The notes under the pieces are model-generated. The model worked only from the letters and a program-made list of their open reading frames with translations, had not been told where the DNA came from and did not search any database. The translations under genes were made by a program, and so were the position numbers. This document shows positions 21,976-36,196 of a stretch of 64,000 bases of DNA, in pieces (position 1 is the first letter of the stretch; the number at the start of each line of letters is the position of its first letter). The stretch is from positions 2,108,001 to 2,172,000 of the forward strand of contig NC_083234.1 in the NCBI RefSeq assembly GCF_032191835.1. The letters run 5' to 3'. Source of the DNA: Heteronotia binoei. Its lineage: Eukaryota.

Positions 21976-24900
21976 ATGGTAGTTTTCGATCTAAATATGG
22001 ATAAAACATTAAGGATGCTGACACTGAATGTCAATGGCTTGGGATCAGACTTAAAGAGATACAAGCTCTCTAGATTCCTTAAACAACAAAATATAGACAT
22101 AGTTTGGCTCCAGGAAACTCATAAATCTAAAAGAGATAAAAGACCCTTGATTAGTGACCCAAATTGGGAAATTTTGGCAGAGGCACGGGGATCAAATAAA
22201 GCAAGGGGGGTAGCAATCCTAACTCATAAAAGGTATGATATAAAAACAATAGAGGTGATAAGAGATGCTGAAGGGAGATTTGTCATGGTTAAGTGTTTGA
22301 TTGAAAATAGGTTAACATCATTGATAAATATATATGCTCCAAATACAGGACAGAAAACCTTTTTATTAAAAGTTCTAAAAAAAGCTAGTAAATTTATTGA
22401 AGGGGAGGTGATATTAGCGGGGGACTTTAATAAGGATGTTAATAAGGATAAAATAATAAATTGGAGACAATGGAACTTTATTGAAGTATATAAAGCTCTT
22501 AAATTGGTACCTGAACCCACATACTTCTCAGGGAGATATAAAACGACTTCATGTTTAGATTATGTATTAATTAATAGAACATGCAATTGGGAAATTAAAA
22601 AAGTTATTACCCACCCAATATGGATATCGGATCATGCCCCGATAAGTGTAGAATTTAAAACAACACATAAGCAAACCAAAAGAATATGGAGATACAATAA
22701 TATGGTTATGGTTAAGGATAAGGATAAAAAACATATTATGGAACAAACGAAGCTATTCTTTCAAGAGAATAGAGGTACAGTGGGAACAAATATCTTATGG
22801 GATGCAGCTAAGGCGGTGATCAGAGGACAATGTATTATGAAAGAAAAGGAGATAAAGAAAAAATGGTATGCAGACAGAGAAGGCAGGCTTCAAGAATTAG
22901 GTAAACTGCAAAAAGACCAAGCTCAGAAGTTTTGCCCCATTAGACACAAGTTAATTAGGGATTTACAGAAAAAACTAGATGATCTAGACTCTATGGCATT
23001 ATGGAGGAAACAGGTCATGGTAAAAAATGAATACCAGAGAAATACTCTTAACTCAGCTAAGAGACTAGCAAATTTTCTAAAAAATAAGAAACAAAGGCAA
23101 AGTGTGACAAGTATCAGAGTGGATAAAAAGCTAACACAGAATTCAGAGGAAATAAAAGCAGCATTTGAGACTTTTTATAAAGATTTATATGGAGAAAAAG
23201 GAGTGAAAGATTTTGAAGAAGAGATAGGAGTAAGGTTGACAGATACAGAGCAGAGAGGATTAGAGGACAATATAACAAGACAAGAGATTGAAAGAGTGAT
23301 AGATAGTTTAAAGGTAGGAAAATCTCCTGGACTGGATGGATTTTCAGCAGAATTTTATAAGGAAATGAGAGAAATATTAGTACCAGAATTGCAAGAAGTA
23401 TTTAATAATATACTTAAAGGGGGCATAGCTCCAGACACATGGAGAAAGGCAGAAATCACAGTGATTTTAAAACCCCAAAAGGATCCTCAAGAAGTAGGAT
23501 CATACAGACCAATTAGCCTATTGAATCAGGATTATAAAATTTTTGCCAAAGTAATGGCCAATAGGCTTAAAAATATTATACAAAAAGTTATAAAAGAAGA
23601 TCAATATGGTTTTGTAGAAGGTAGGAACATTGCACATCCAATCCGAAACATAATAAATGTTTTGAGCCATAACAATTGGCGTTATTGAAGTTAGATGTCT
23701 ATAAAGCCTTTGATACATTGTCACATAATTTTTTGTGGACAGTTATGGATAAATATGGGATAAGTCAATCAACAATAAGGGTATTTAAGGAGATATATAG
23801 AGAAGGTACAGCTGTAGTTAGACTTAATGGAGAACACACGGCACAATTCGCAATCCAGAGGGGAGTTAGGCAGGGATGCCCGATCTCCCCCTTTTTCTTC
23901 ATAATGGCAATGGAACAGTTAGCCCAACGTCTCAGAAATTCGGGGAGAATTGAAGGATGTCATTTAGGCAAGGAAGAAATTAAGTTGAACTTGTTTGCAG
24001 ACGATCTGATTATAGTCATAGTTAATCCAAAAGAAGCAGTAAAGGAGATACAGATTATATTAGAGGACTTTGAATCAAACTCAGGACTAAAAATTAATAT
24101 GGCAAAATCAGAAATAATGTACATTAATGTAAAAAAAGAGGAAAGGAAAGAGATTCATGAACGAACGGGGATAGGACTAGGGGTCAAGAAAATCAGATAT
24201 TTAGGAATAGACTTAGTCAAAAATGTTAAAAAGTTGGTAGAAAAGAATTATAACAGAATATGGAGTACGATAGTAAAAGATATGAAGAGATGGGGCAAGA
24301 AGATGTTAAACATAACAACCAAGATTAATATAGCGAAAATGTTTTGGACTTCGAAACTACTGTACTTATTCCAAACGATACCTTTAGAAATTAAAAAACA
24401 AAAACTTGATAGTTGGAACGCAAAAATAAAAGAATGGATATTCGGTAGCAAAAAAAGTAGAGTTTCAAGGCATTTCATATATGCGCATAATACAAACATG
24501 GGTTGGGGGGCCCCAGATCTGAGGAGTTATTATGAGTCATTTCAATTAAAAGCATTAATGGAAATAGGAGAGGAAAGGGAGAGGAAGTGGGTAAGAGTAG
24601 AGAATGAGGCAAATAATGGAATAGGGAATTTAGGGGTTTTCACTGGACGCAAGATCAAAGTTAACATATTAGAAACAGGACCGAGGAAAACAGCACTAAT
24701 GATTTGGAGAAAATGGCAATTAAAATGGTTAAAGGGAACATCTAAACAAACCCCATTAGAGGCCTTGGATGAAAACAATGACGATAAAGGATGGTGGAGA
24801 TTACTCAGTAAAAAAGGGTATAACAAGCTACAAGATATGTTAGTTGGGCAGACACTCAAACCATTGCAAACGCTATACGATGAAATAGGTAGGAAATATT

Positions 24901-25709
24901 GGCTGAAAATAACAGGATTATATAACAGAATTAGGAAGACAATAGAAGACAGATTGGTGACTGAAGGAGAACCAATGGAGGAGTTGTTAAAAGGGATGAT
25001 AAAAACAAAGAAAGGGACAGTAGGAAGGATATATAGGAAAATGACGACGGATAAGGAGGAGATAAAAAATTTAGTTAAAAAAAAATGGAGCTCTGAAACT
25101 AACTTAGCAGATAATGTATTTGACAGTCTCAAGAAAGGTATACATCAGCTCAAAACGCATAAATTTAGAGAACTGGAGCTAAAGTTCCTCACAAAATGGT
25201 ACAGAACACCAGCAGCATTAGCCAATATGTTCCAGGGTTTGAATTCTAACTGTTGGCACTGTGGAAAGAAAAAAGGATGGTATTCCCACATGTGGTGGGA
25301 ATGCTCAGAAGTTAAACCCTTTTGGGAAAAGGTAATAGAGCATATCCATAATTTTTTTGCTATAAGACCAACGATAGATCTAGATTTAATGTTCGGGAGC
25401 ATACTAAATAAATACGGAATCAATAAAGAAGGGCTGGATCTATTCAAAGCAATGGTGCTAGCTGGCAAGGCTGTAATAGCCTTTGGCTGGAAGGATAAAA
25501 CCAAATGGACGGAGCAAAACTGGCATAATTATTTATTTGAATATGTTCAGTCGGACATTATAGCCATGCTTAATCGTGATGAACAATGGGGGTCAAAAAC
25601 AAAAAGGATAAAGGAGAAATGGTATCCATATTTAAAGTGGTCACTAGAAGGTCAACGGCGGGACATTCGGTGGAAGCTTCTTAATTTGTGCCCCTGGCTA
25701 GAAAGTTGA
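21976..25709 (+). CDS. L1-type ORF2p (APE endonuclease, RT, C-terminal CCHC) with one frameshift near 23676-23688
   Basis: TLNVNGL, LQETH, NIYAPN, GDFN, SDH; KSPGLDGF, SYRPISLLN, LDVYKAFD, RQGCPISP, FADD; CWHC-x7-H-x4-C. Confidence 0.9.
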
Positions 25710-27651
25710 GCACGCAAGGGAGGGAGGGAGGGATTAGGGAAGAAAAATAGATTGATGAATGTGATAGGAAATCAAATCCTATGTACTAAAACATTCTCAT
25801 CCCTATCGTCAGGGCAGGAAAAGCTCGGAAGTGACAAGAATATGAAGGTGAAAGAGAAAATGGACTTAATAAGGCTTAGAAGGAGAAGACTAAAGAACGA
25901 CGGTACTACTTGGAAGCAAGAAGACCTCAATATGGACTGATATAAGAACATTTAAATTAAAAGGACCGAGCAAGAATACCTTGTAAAGGGAGATAGAGAT
26001 TCAGATGTATACTCTGTATGAGAAAAAGGATAAGCTCAATGTAAATAACTAAAACAATAAATATATTCATATATAAAAAAAAGTAGGCACATTGATGAAC
26101 ACGGGTTATTGAGGAAGACTCAGCATGGGTTCTGCAAGGGAAGATCTTGCCTCACTAACCTGTTGCATTTCTTTGAGGGGGTGAACAAACATGTGGACAA
26201 AGGAGACCCGATAGATGTTGTTTACCTTGACTTCCAGAAAGCTTTTGATAAAGTTCCTCATCAAAGGCTCCTTAGAAAGCTTGAGAATCATGGAGTAAAA
26301 GGACAGGTCCTCTTGTGGATCAAAAACTGGCTGAGTAATAGGAAGCAGAGAGTGAGTATAAATGGGCAGTCTTCGCAGTGGAGGACGGTAAGCAGTGGGG
26401 TGCCACAGGGCTCGGTACTGGGTCCCATGCTCTTTAACTTGTTCATAAATGATTTAGAGTTGGGAGTGAGCAGTGAAGTGGCCAAGTTTGCGGATGACAC
26501 TAAATTGTTCAGGGTGGTGAGAACCAGAGAGGATTGTGAGGAACTCCAAAGGGATCTGTTGAGGCTGGGTGAGTGGGCGTCAACGTGGCAGATGCGGTTC
26601 AATGTGGCCAAGTGCAAAGTAATGCACATTGGGGCTAAGAATCCCAGCTACAAATACAAGTTGATGGGGTGTGAACTGGCAGAGACTGATCAAGAGAGAG
26701 ATCTTTGGGTCATGATTGATAACTCACTGAAAGTGTCAAGACAGTGTGCGTTTGCAATAAAAAAGGCCAATGCCATGCTGGGAATTATTAGGAAGGGAAT
26801 TGAAAACAAATCAGCCAGTATCATAATGCCCCTGTATAAATCGATGGTGCGGTCTCATTTGGAGTACTGTGTGCAGTTCTGGTCGCCGCACCTCAAAAAG
26901 GATATTATAGCTTTAGAGAAGGTGCAGAGAAGGGCAACTAGAATGATTAAAGGGCTGGAGCACTTTCCCTATGAAGAAAGGTTGAAACGCTTGGGACTCT
27001 TTAGGTTGGAGAAACGTCGACTGCGGGGTGACATGATAGAGGTTTACAAGATAATGCATGGAATGGAGAAAGTAGAGAAAGAAGTACTTTTCTCCCTTTC
27101 TCACAATACAAGAACTCGTGGGCATTCGATGAAATTGCTGAGCAGACAGGTTAAAACGGATAAAAGGAAGTACTTCTTCACCCAAAGGGTGATTAACATG
27201 TGGAATTCACTGCCACAGGAGGTGGTGGCGGCCACAAGTATAGCCACCTTCAAGAGGGGTTTAGATAAAAATATGGAGCAGAGGTCCATCAGTGGCTATT
27301 AGCCACAGTGTATGTGTGTATATAACATTTTTTGCCACTGTGTGACACAGAGTGTTGGACTTGATGGGCCGTTGGCCTGATCCAACATGGCTTCTCTTAT
27401 GTTCTTATGTAATGGTTGCTGCCGGGGGTGGGGTGGGATGAGACAGTGGGAGGGCTTCTAGTGTCCTGGCCCTACTGATGGACCTCCTGAGGCACCTGAT
27501 TTTTTTGGCCACTGTGTGACACAGTCTTGGACTGGATGGGCCATTGGCTTGATCCAGCAGGGCTTCTCTTGTGTTCTTATGTTAAAGGCAGGGCTTTTTT
27601 TGTAGGAAAAGGCCAGCAGGGTCTCATTTGCATATTAGGCCACACCTCCTG

Positions 27652-27969
27652 CAGTGCTGGAGAAGACTCGGACTGCAAGAAGATCAAATCAGTCAGTCCT
27701 AAGGGAAATCAACCCAGACTGTTCCCTGGAAGGTCAGATGCTGAAGCTCAAATACTTTGGCCACCAACTGAGAAGGGAGCACTCCCTGGAGAAGACCCTG
27801 ATGCTAGGAAAGAGAGAAGGGAACGGCAAAAGATGAGATGGCTGAACAGCATTACTGATGTAACTAACACAAATTTGAGTGGACTTTGGAGGATGGTGGA
27901 AGACAGGAGGGCCTGGGTGACTCCTTCCATGGGGGGCAAAGAGTCAGAATCAAGTGTGTGACTGAACAA
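27652..27969 (+). mobile_element. BovB/RTE LINE 3' fragment
   Basis: WTARRSNQSVLREINPDCSLEGQMLKLKYFGHQLRREHSLEKTLMLGK and the terminal ...gtgactgaacaa are typical of RTE-BovB. Confidence 0.85.
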
Positions 27970-28335
27970 GCACCACCTGAGGTGAAGGCTGCATTGCTGC
28001 TGGAAAGAAGCCCTGGTTGAAGGAGGAGCCTTCCTTCGGTGCGTGCAGGCCCAGGGAAGCTCACAGCTGGAGCCGAGCTTTGTTGGACTCCCAACTGCTG
28101 CTCCCTTGCTGTTATCATGCCAGACAGAGGCCCAGCTGAGGGGGCTGCTGCCTCTCCTTCCTTTGTTCCAAGGAGCCACCCGGAGGTTGTTCTCGGGCGC
28201 CCGCTGCGCGGCGCAGGCCAGCCGGAGAGCCGAGGGGGGGATTCGAACCCGCGGCTCCAGAGAGCCGGCCGGCCCGCTGACGTCACGGGAGGCGGGGTCG
28301 TGCCGAGCCCCGCCCCTGGCTGTGCGGCGCCCAAG

Positions 28336-31300
28336 ATGGCGGACGGCGGGGCCGCGGGGCCTGGCGGCGTTCCCATGGCGACGGCGCTCTTCCGCTGCCC
28401 GCTCTGCCGCCGCAGCGCCTTCTCCGGCCGCCGCAGCCACCTCTACAGCGCCGGGCACCAGCGGCGGCTCCGGGCCGTGCTCGCCCGCCTGCGCCAGAAG
28501 GTGCGGCCGGGAAGGAGGGAGGGAGGGAAGGGCCGGGGCGGGCCGGGCAGGCCTCTCACCCTCTCCCCTCCCCGCAGGCGGAGGCGGCCCGGCAGGCGCT
28601 GCGGCAGGCGCGGGTGGCGCCCTACGACCCCGCCGAGCACGAGCAGCGCTTCTGGTGCGCCTGCTGCGGCCGGGAGGAGAGGCGCCACCTCAGCCACGGG
28701 GGCCTGGCCCTGCTGCACGCCGGCCTCGTCCAGCACCTCGCCAGGTCTGAGCTCATGGGGGCGGAGAGGCGGGGCAGAACCAGGGCGTGGAGCTGCGGCA
28801 GGAGAGACACCCACCAGTGGGGGGGCTCCTCAGGGGAGCAGGCTTCCTCCTCAGGAGGTGGTGGGCTCTCCTTCCTCGGAGGTTTTCCAACAGAGGCTAG
28901 ATGGCCATCTGACACCAATGCTGACTCTGTAAACTTGGGCAGACCATGAGAAAGAGAGCAGGAAAAGTTGCATCCGTGCTGAGTTCTTGTAGCCCTGTCT
29001 TACACACCCAGGGAAATGTGGATTATCACTTCGGGGTCAGTCAACAATTTTTCTCCAGGCCAGTTAGGCAAGGGATCCTGAAGGTTTTTGCTATCTTCTT
29101 GGCATGGCACAAGGGTCATTGGGGATGTATGTGTGTGTGAGGAAGGTCATTGTGACTTTCCTATATTGTGCAATGGGTTGGACTAGATGACCCTGGAGGT
29201 CCCTTCTGACTCTAGGATTTCATGGTATTGTTCCTTATAACTGAATCTGGAAGAGGCCTGTTCAGGACCTTGCAGGGGTGTCAGGTTGGCAAGACTGGAT
29301 TAATATTAACTCAGGGAGGGATGGTGGCTCAGTGGTAGAGCATCTCAGTGGTAGAAGGTCCCAGGTTCAGTCCCCGGCATCTCCAAAAAAGGGTTCAGGC
29401 AAAAAGGTGTGAAAAACCTCAGCTTGAGACCCTGGAGAGCCGCTGCTAGTCTGAGTAGACAATACTGACTTTGATGGACCAAGGGTCTGATTCAGTATAA
29501 GGCAGCTTCACATGTTCATGACTCACCTACTTTATTTTTGGTTATACCATTTCTGAGATCCATTCCAACGACTGATTATTTTTATTTTACTTTATTTATA
29601 CCTCACTTGTCCCTCAGCGGGGGCCTAAATATGAAGGTGCTTTATACTGAATCAGACCCTTGGGCCACTGAGGTCAGTGTCTTGTCTACTCAGACTGGCT
29701 CTTTAGGGTCTCAGGCAGACAAGCGTCTTTCACATCGCTTACTGCCTGGTGCTTTTTAAACTGGCGATGCCAGGGATTGTCCCTGGGACCACCTACATGC
29801 AAAGCTGATGCTCTGCTGCTGAGCCACAGCCTCTCTCCAGCCAGTGGCTCACAACATGGCCCTCTTCGTTTTATCCCTGGGAGGTACATTAGGCTGAGAG
29901 TGTGCAGCTTGCAACAAGGACACCCAGCAAGCTTCCATGGCAGACTGCGGATTCAGATCTGGGCCTTCAGGATCCTAGTTGTATTCTAGCCCAGGCAGTT
30001 GTGTTAGAAGGATGTGCAACTAAAACAGTCTTCTGGTTGGTGTTCTTTTTCAAGCCCTGAGCACAGAAAAGCAGTCTATACATTCTGGTGGGAGAACAAA
30101 GCAGACTCCAGCCTGAAGGGCCAGTTCCTGATTTCTTCCGAGGACTATGAGCTGTGAGTAGACCCTTCCTCAGCAAAGGGAGGTTGTGGTGGGGCAGCTC
30201 CTTTGCCAGCTCAGGCTGCAGCTCTTGGGGAGGAGGGGCTTGGGGAGCGAACACTTGTGGGCCTTGGCCGCTGCACCTGCTGCTAGGAGTACTTACTGCA
30301 AAGGAGTCCAGAAGGAGAAAGAATTATAAACTCGCCATCTCATCTTTTTAGATTTGTTGTATTGCACTATTTATATATTTTGTTTTTATGGCTTTGAAGT
30401 TTTTATTATATGTTGCATATCACCCAGAATTCTGCAGTTGCAGGGACTGGACGAGTTATACATTTAATGATGATGGTGTACAGATGGGCATTGAGGCTGG
30501 CAAGACTCATGTGAGCAGAGGCAGGGCAAGAGGGAACCTAGCTGGCCTCTTAGGCTTGTCCTTTCTACCATGCAAGGAAAACTCCCCTTGTTCAGAGGGC
30601 AGCTGTGTTGGCTGCCCTGCAGTAGGGGCTGCAGAAGTCTTGGGTCTTTATGGCATCACAAACCCCCATGCCTTGGCTTTTATTCCAGCTTCAAGGTGTC
30701 TCTCACCAAAGCACTGGATGCTTACGAAGCAAGCAAGGATGATGTCATTCAGCAGGTGGGTGTAGCGCTGGGATGGGCAGGAACAGGGCTGCTGGGACGC
30801 TCTTGTCCCACAGTCTGATCATGACTTCTGCCCTACTTATAGGTGGCAGCTCATATCCGAGAGGTGGAACAGAGCCGACAAGAAATGTTGCAGGCCATCT
30901 TAGAGGTTTGTGTGCCCAGGATGCCAGGGCAGTATCCACTCTTGTAGTCACAGCCCTGCTTGCCGCCGCCTCCCTATTTGTCTGTCTGTCTGTCTCTTGG
31001 CTGGTAACCTGGTCCTTTGGCTAGAAGGTATAAAGTGTGGACCCAACTCTACCCTCCCGAAGGATCTCTCTTAAGACACTGTGGCCTTTCTGGCCCCTTC
31101 GCATTTGAGAGCTCTTCAGGGTCAGAGAGAGGACAGGCCTCAACGAAGGCGGGCCCCATTGGCCAGTGCTCTGTGGCTCTCAGATGGCTTGCACTACCAT
31201 TAATGGTATGGAATATGTGTCTCCTCCCCCAGTGCAAGACCTGTGCCTTATTGACTAGCACTAGAACCACCCAGCCAAGTAACTTCCCTTTTTGTACTGC

Positions 31301-34168
31301 CCAGACCTATCATATTGTCAGGAGGAGGGATGGCGAGTGTGTGTGTGCGCCTGTTTAAGGGGAATGGGTTCTCTTGGGGATCCCTCCTGCCTTTCTTATG
31401 GTGGGAGGTTGTACTTGGCATACACTTTTTTGCTGGGACTTGGTGGAATTCCTTCCTGCAAGCTTTACTCTTGTCTCTTGGAACAAGCATTTGTTTTTCC
31501 TGAATCAAACTCAGCCGCAGACAGAACTGTGCAAGGGAGTTGCAGACGTCGAGATCTATACAAGGACCCAGAGGTAAGAGGCTTATTTCAGCTGGTTAGT
31601 TGTGGCATTGGCTTCAAGGCCTTGATGCTATCAGAGGCCAACAGTCGTTTTCTAGCTGGTCGAAACGTACTTGCAGCCTGGCCCCAAGCTGGGTTAAGTG
31701 ATTCTTCTGTGTTCCAGCGACTTCTCCTTTGCTGTGGAAGACAGTGCACAACCAGGCCCCAGTGGGAGTGCCACCTCTACCGGAGAACAGCTTGGACCTC
31801 CATGTGGTACCATGCTTGAACTAGATTGGCAAGAAGCAAGCCAGGGCTTGACGTTTATTGGCCACCAGGTAAGTGAGGCCAGAATCCTGCAGCTCTGTTA
31901 GTCTCAGCTGAGGCGGCACTTCAAGGCCCCGTGGCATGAATGGCCTCCAACCCCAGAAGCTAATTTGCAGTGTGGTCTCTCAGTGTGTCAAGGCAGTGAC
32001 ATTAGAGCAGGGGCGTTTTCTTCTTGCAGCTTGCTTGCCTTTGAGAAATGGCATTACACAAACAAGCAGAACTGTACTCACCGAAACACGCACAAGCTGC
32101 CTTGCTTTGCAATTGTGACAGCTGTCTTTGTTTTATGTCCCCCACTATCTCTGATTTTTCAATTTTTTGAAACACAGGAAACACACGGGAAAGGAAATGT
32201 GCATACAGGTAAGTCTGAAGATTTTCTGAACCTCTTTTAAATCAGTGGGTCACTCTAGATGTTTAGTGCCACAGCCTGGTGGAAACGGAGGTAAATGCTG
32301 GTTGGGAAGACTGAGCTCTGGGAGATGGCACTTCTCACATTTGATGGGGCTTAGCAGACTTTTGCTGACTTCGCTAAGAGCCTGGAGTTGCACTGGACCC
32401 AGCATCATTGCTGGAGGAACAAATTAGCACAACTACAGAAAAATTGGGGGGGGGGGGGCGGGTCTTTCAGATTAGCTTGGTGCAGAGCATACCACAGCCA
32501 TCTTACTTGTTTACTTGCTGATCAGTTATACTGGCTTCATTTCAGTGTTCTGGTTGTCACCTGCAAAGCTTTCTGAGGGTACCACCCTGCCAATGAATAA
32601 GATGGACAGCTTGTCCACTCCTGTGTATTCTCCGCAGTGGCCTCCAGAGTGGAACTGCCTCTCTTGAGAGCTCAAGATGGTGTTCTTATAAGGGAACAGA
32701 ATAGTTTATTGCTTACATCACCTTTTTGCTACATTATCTTCTATTTTTGTAACCCACGAGTTTTCTGTATTATGATGTTGTGCCTTAGACAATTTTTGTC
32801 TGCATTGTTCTTCAGTTCTGTAATTCTAGTCCTACTACATCGTTTAATGCTGTCTGATTATTTTCTGCATTTATAATCTGCATGAGCTCCAGTGAAAGGC
32901 AGGCTATAAATAAAGGAAAAACAACCCTATTCCTGTTTTCATCCTTAGGAGCCAAACCCCCCTGGTTGCTGGAAGAGGAAGAAGAGAAAAACACAGGGCA
33001 AATTGGACCTTCATATGAAGAATTTCTCAAGGAAAGTAAGTGGTGATTTGGGTAAAATCATAAGTTTGAAGGGACCTCCAAGGCCAGCTATATATAACTG
33101 CAATCCTGCAAAACCATTGCACAATGCAGGAAATTCACAACTGTCTCCCTTGCTGCCCCCTCTATTTCCATGTCCAAAGTGCTCTAGGATCCCTGGCCAA
33201 AGTGGCCTGGAGAAAACTGCTTCCTGACCTCAAAAATGGTGACCAGCATTTCCCTGGCTGTGTAAGACAGGGAACTAAGCACTGGTGCAACCCTTCCTGC
33301 CCTCCCTCTCACGATCTGCCTAAGTTCACGGAATCAGCATTGCTGTCAGATGGCCATAAAGCCTTTGCTTAGAAACCTCCAAGGAAGGAGCACCCACCAC
33401 CTCCTAAGGAACTGCTCTGTTAGGAAGTTCTTAATGTTTAGCTGAAACCCCCCTTTTCAACCTGTCAGTTCTGGCCCAACCTTCTGGGGCAACAGAAAAC
33501 AACTCTGTAGTTGTAGTAGCGAAGTGACACTCTGGATGCCTGGTACCTAAGCAGGATCTCTTTTCTTCCCCAAGAAGAGAAGCAGAAGCTGAAGAAGCTC
33601 CCACCTCATCGGGTTGGGGCCAACTTTGATCACACCTCTGAGACTGCAGAAGGCTGGCTTCCCTCCTTTGGGCGTGTCTGGAACCATGGCAGGAGGTGGC
33701 AGTCCAGGTACGGTTCCGGTCCCTCTTGTGTGGGGAAGGAGAGTCTTTTACTCTGTTCTTCCAGTGCTGCATGCAGCTTTCCTTTCTCCCATTTTATCTG
33801 CATAGTGCCCTATGAAGTAAGCACCAGCTATTTCTACAATATACTTTTCCAGGGCTGTTCACACACATACTATGCAAACTTTTGGGGGGTTCTTGCTTAT
33901 AAATGTTTCTCAAAATACATTTGATTTCAAGCTGTGTCTCAAGACTCATTCTTGATAGAATAGACCTGTAATATTTGGCTGGAGCACCTCAGTAGCTGCT
34001 ATAGTGTGTTCTTGTCACCAGTATGAAGGATCAATTGATGTTGCAGGGTTCAGACAGTGGCGTGCTAATTAATTTCTTTGTAATACTCTCTCTAGGCATC
34101 AGTTCAAAGCTGAAGCAGGACAGAAAAAGCCCAAAATGAAGAAAAGGCATTTAGTGCCTAAGTGCTGA
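28336..34168 (+). CDS. CENATAC: Centrosomal AT-AC splicing factor (CCDC84), about 364 aa
   Basis: Exons 28336-28500, 28578-28744, 30055-30153, 30689-30755, 30843-30905, 31515-31573, 31718-31868, 32178-32208, 32949-33035, 33575-33707, 34096-34168; phases consistent. Two zinc fingers (CPLCRR..H..H; FWCACC..H), [34 protein letters not shown] near 34281. Confidence 0.93.
29313..29520 (+). mobile_element. tRNA-derived SINE (second family) in CENATAC intron 2
   Basis: gggatggtggctcagtggtagag A box, ggttcagtccc B box, tail gatggaccaagggtctgattcagtataaggcagcttc. Confidence 0.75.
29635..29835 (-). mobile_element. Inverted, older copy of the same SINE family
   Basis: ttatactgaatcagacccttgg...ttgtctactcagactgg...ctgagccacagcc is the reverse complement of parts of 29313-29520. 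Confidence 0.65.
33045..33440 (-). mobile_element. CR1 3'-end fragments in CENATAC intron 9
   Basis: gaagggacctcc..., ctgtcagatggccat...agaaacctccaaggaaggagcacccaccacctcc match the reverse complement of the CR1 3' UTR seen at 4250-4685. Confidence 0.6.
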
Positions 34169-34618
34169 TGGACAGTTCAGCCCATGCTGTTCTCCCTGCT
34201 ATGGATTCTACACTTATATGTGTATGTGTATATACACACACACATAGTGTCTGTGCAAGATGCTGTTTTTGTCTATTTATATTAAAGCAATTAAAACATT
34301 ACTGTAAATCTTGTGTCCTTATTTGAGTACTTTTCAGAACAAGAAGCTGGAAATACCAGTATAAAGCTGCCTCTCGAAGGGAGATGTGTAATATTCCTCT
34401 CTGCAACGCCACATTCTGTACTAGGAGCAACCTTCACCATAACAGAAAAGCAGCAAACACCACCAGTTTGAAAAGATCAATTATTTTATTTTATACATTA
34501 GAATTTAAGCATCACTTCTGATCCTGTAAAGCAAACAGAGAATTAATAAAACCATATTCTATTGCTTTGCAAGAATCCCAACCAGCCACAGGGCCTGCAA
34601 GAATCCAGGCTCACCTTC

Positions 34619-36041
<1,423 letters not shown>

Positions 36042-36095
36042 GGCGGAGCGCGGAGGGCGGCACTGCTGCGGCTGCTCCTGCTGCTGCTTCCGGCC

Positions 36096-36108
36096 AGAAG
36101 GGAAGGAG
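36096..36108 (-). promoter_or_regulatory. 5'-terminal oligopyrimidine (TOP) tract of RPS25
   Basis: Minus strand CTCCTTCCCTTCT about 55-67 nt upstream of the ATG, as expected for ribosomal protein mRNAs. Confidence 0.7.
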
Positions 36109-36196
36109 CGGCGCGCGGCAGGGCGGGAAACCCCGTGGCGGGAGGGGCGGGCTTCCGGTGGGCGGGGCGGGCTTCCGGCGGGGTACGGGAGCCGCG
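36109..36196. promoter_or_regulatory. Bidirectional CpG-island promoter RPS25/TRAPPC4
   Basis: Head-to-head genes; direct repeat of GGGCGGGCTTCCGG (GC box plus ETS/GABP CCGGAAG on the minus strand). Confidence 0.75.

Larger units (their letters stand above)
20695..26081 (+). mobile_element. Apparently full-length L1-clade LINE (L1/Tx1-like)
   Basis: TSD (A)GTAGGCACATTGATG at 20679-20694 and 26082-26097; G-rich 5' start; ORF1, ORF2, 3' UTR, A-rich tail. Confidence 0.93.
19050..27410 (+). mobile_element. Young CR1 LINE with open ORF2, interrupted by an L1 insertion
   Basis: ORF 19053-20693 (APE; ...KDRMSRHID) resumes in frame at 26097-27302 (EHGLLRKTQHGFCKG...RSISGY*); 3' UTR and (TTCTTATG)n tail to about 27410. 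Confidence 0.95.

Noticed and set aside
25752-25940. 62-aa ORF in the L1 3' UTR
   Set aside because: Short, non-ATG start in this frame, no motif; expected by chance in A-rich sequence
30930-30940. GTATCCAC in CENATAC intron 5 as a U12 5' splice site for autoregulation
   Set aside because: Departs from RTATCCTT at two key positions and no matching branch point was found
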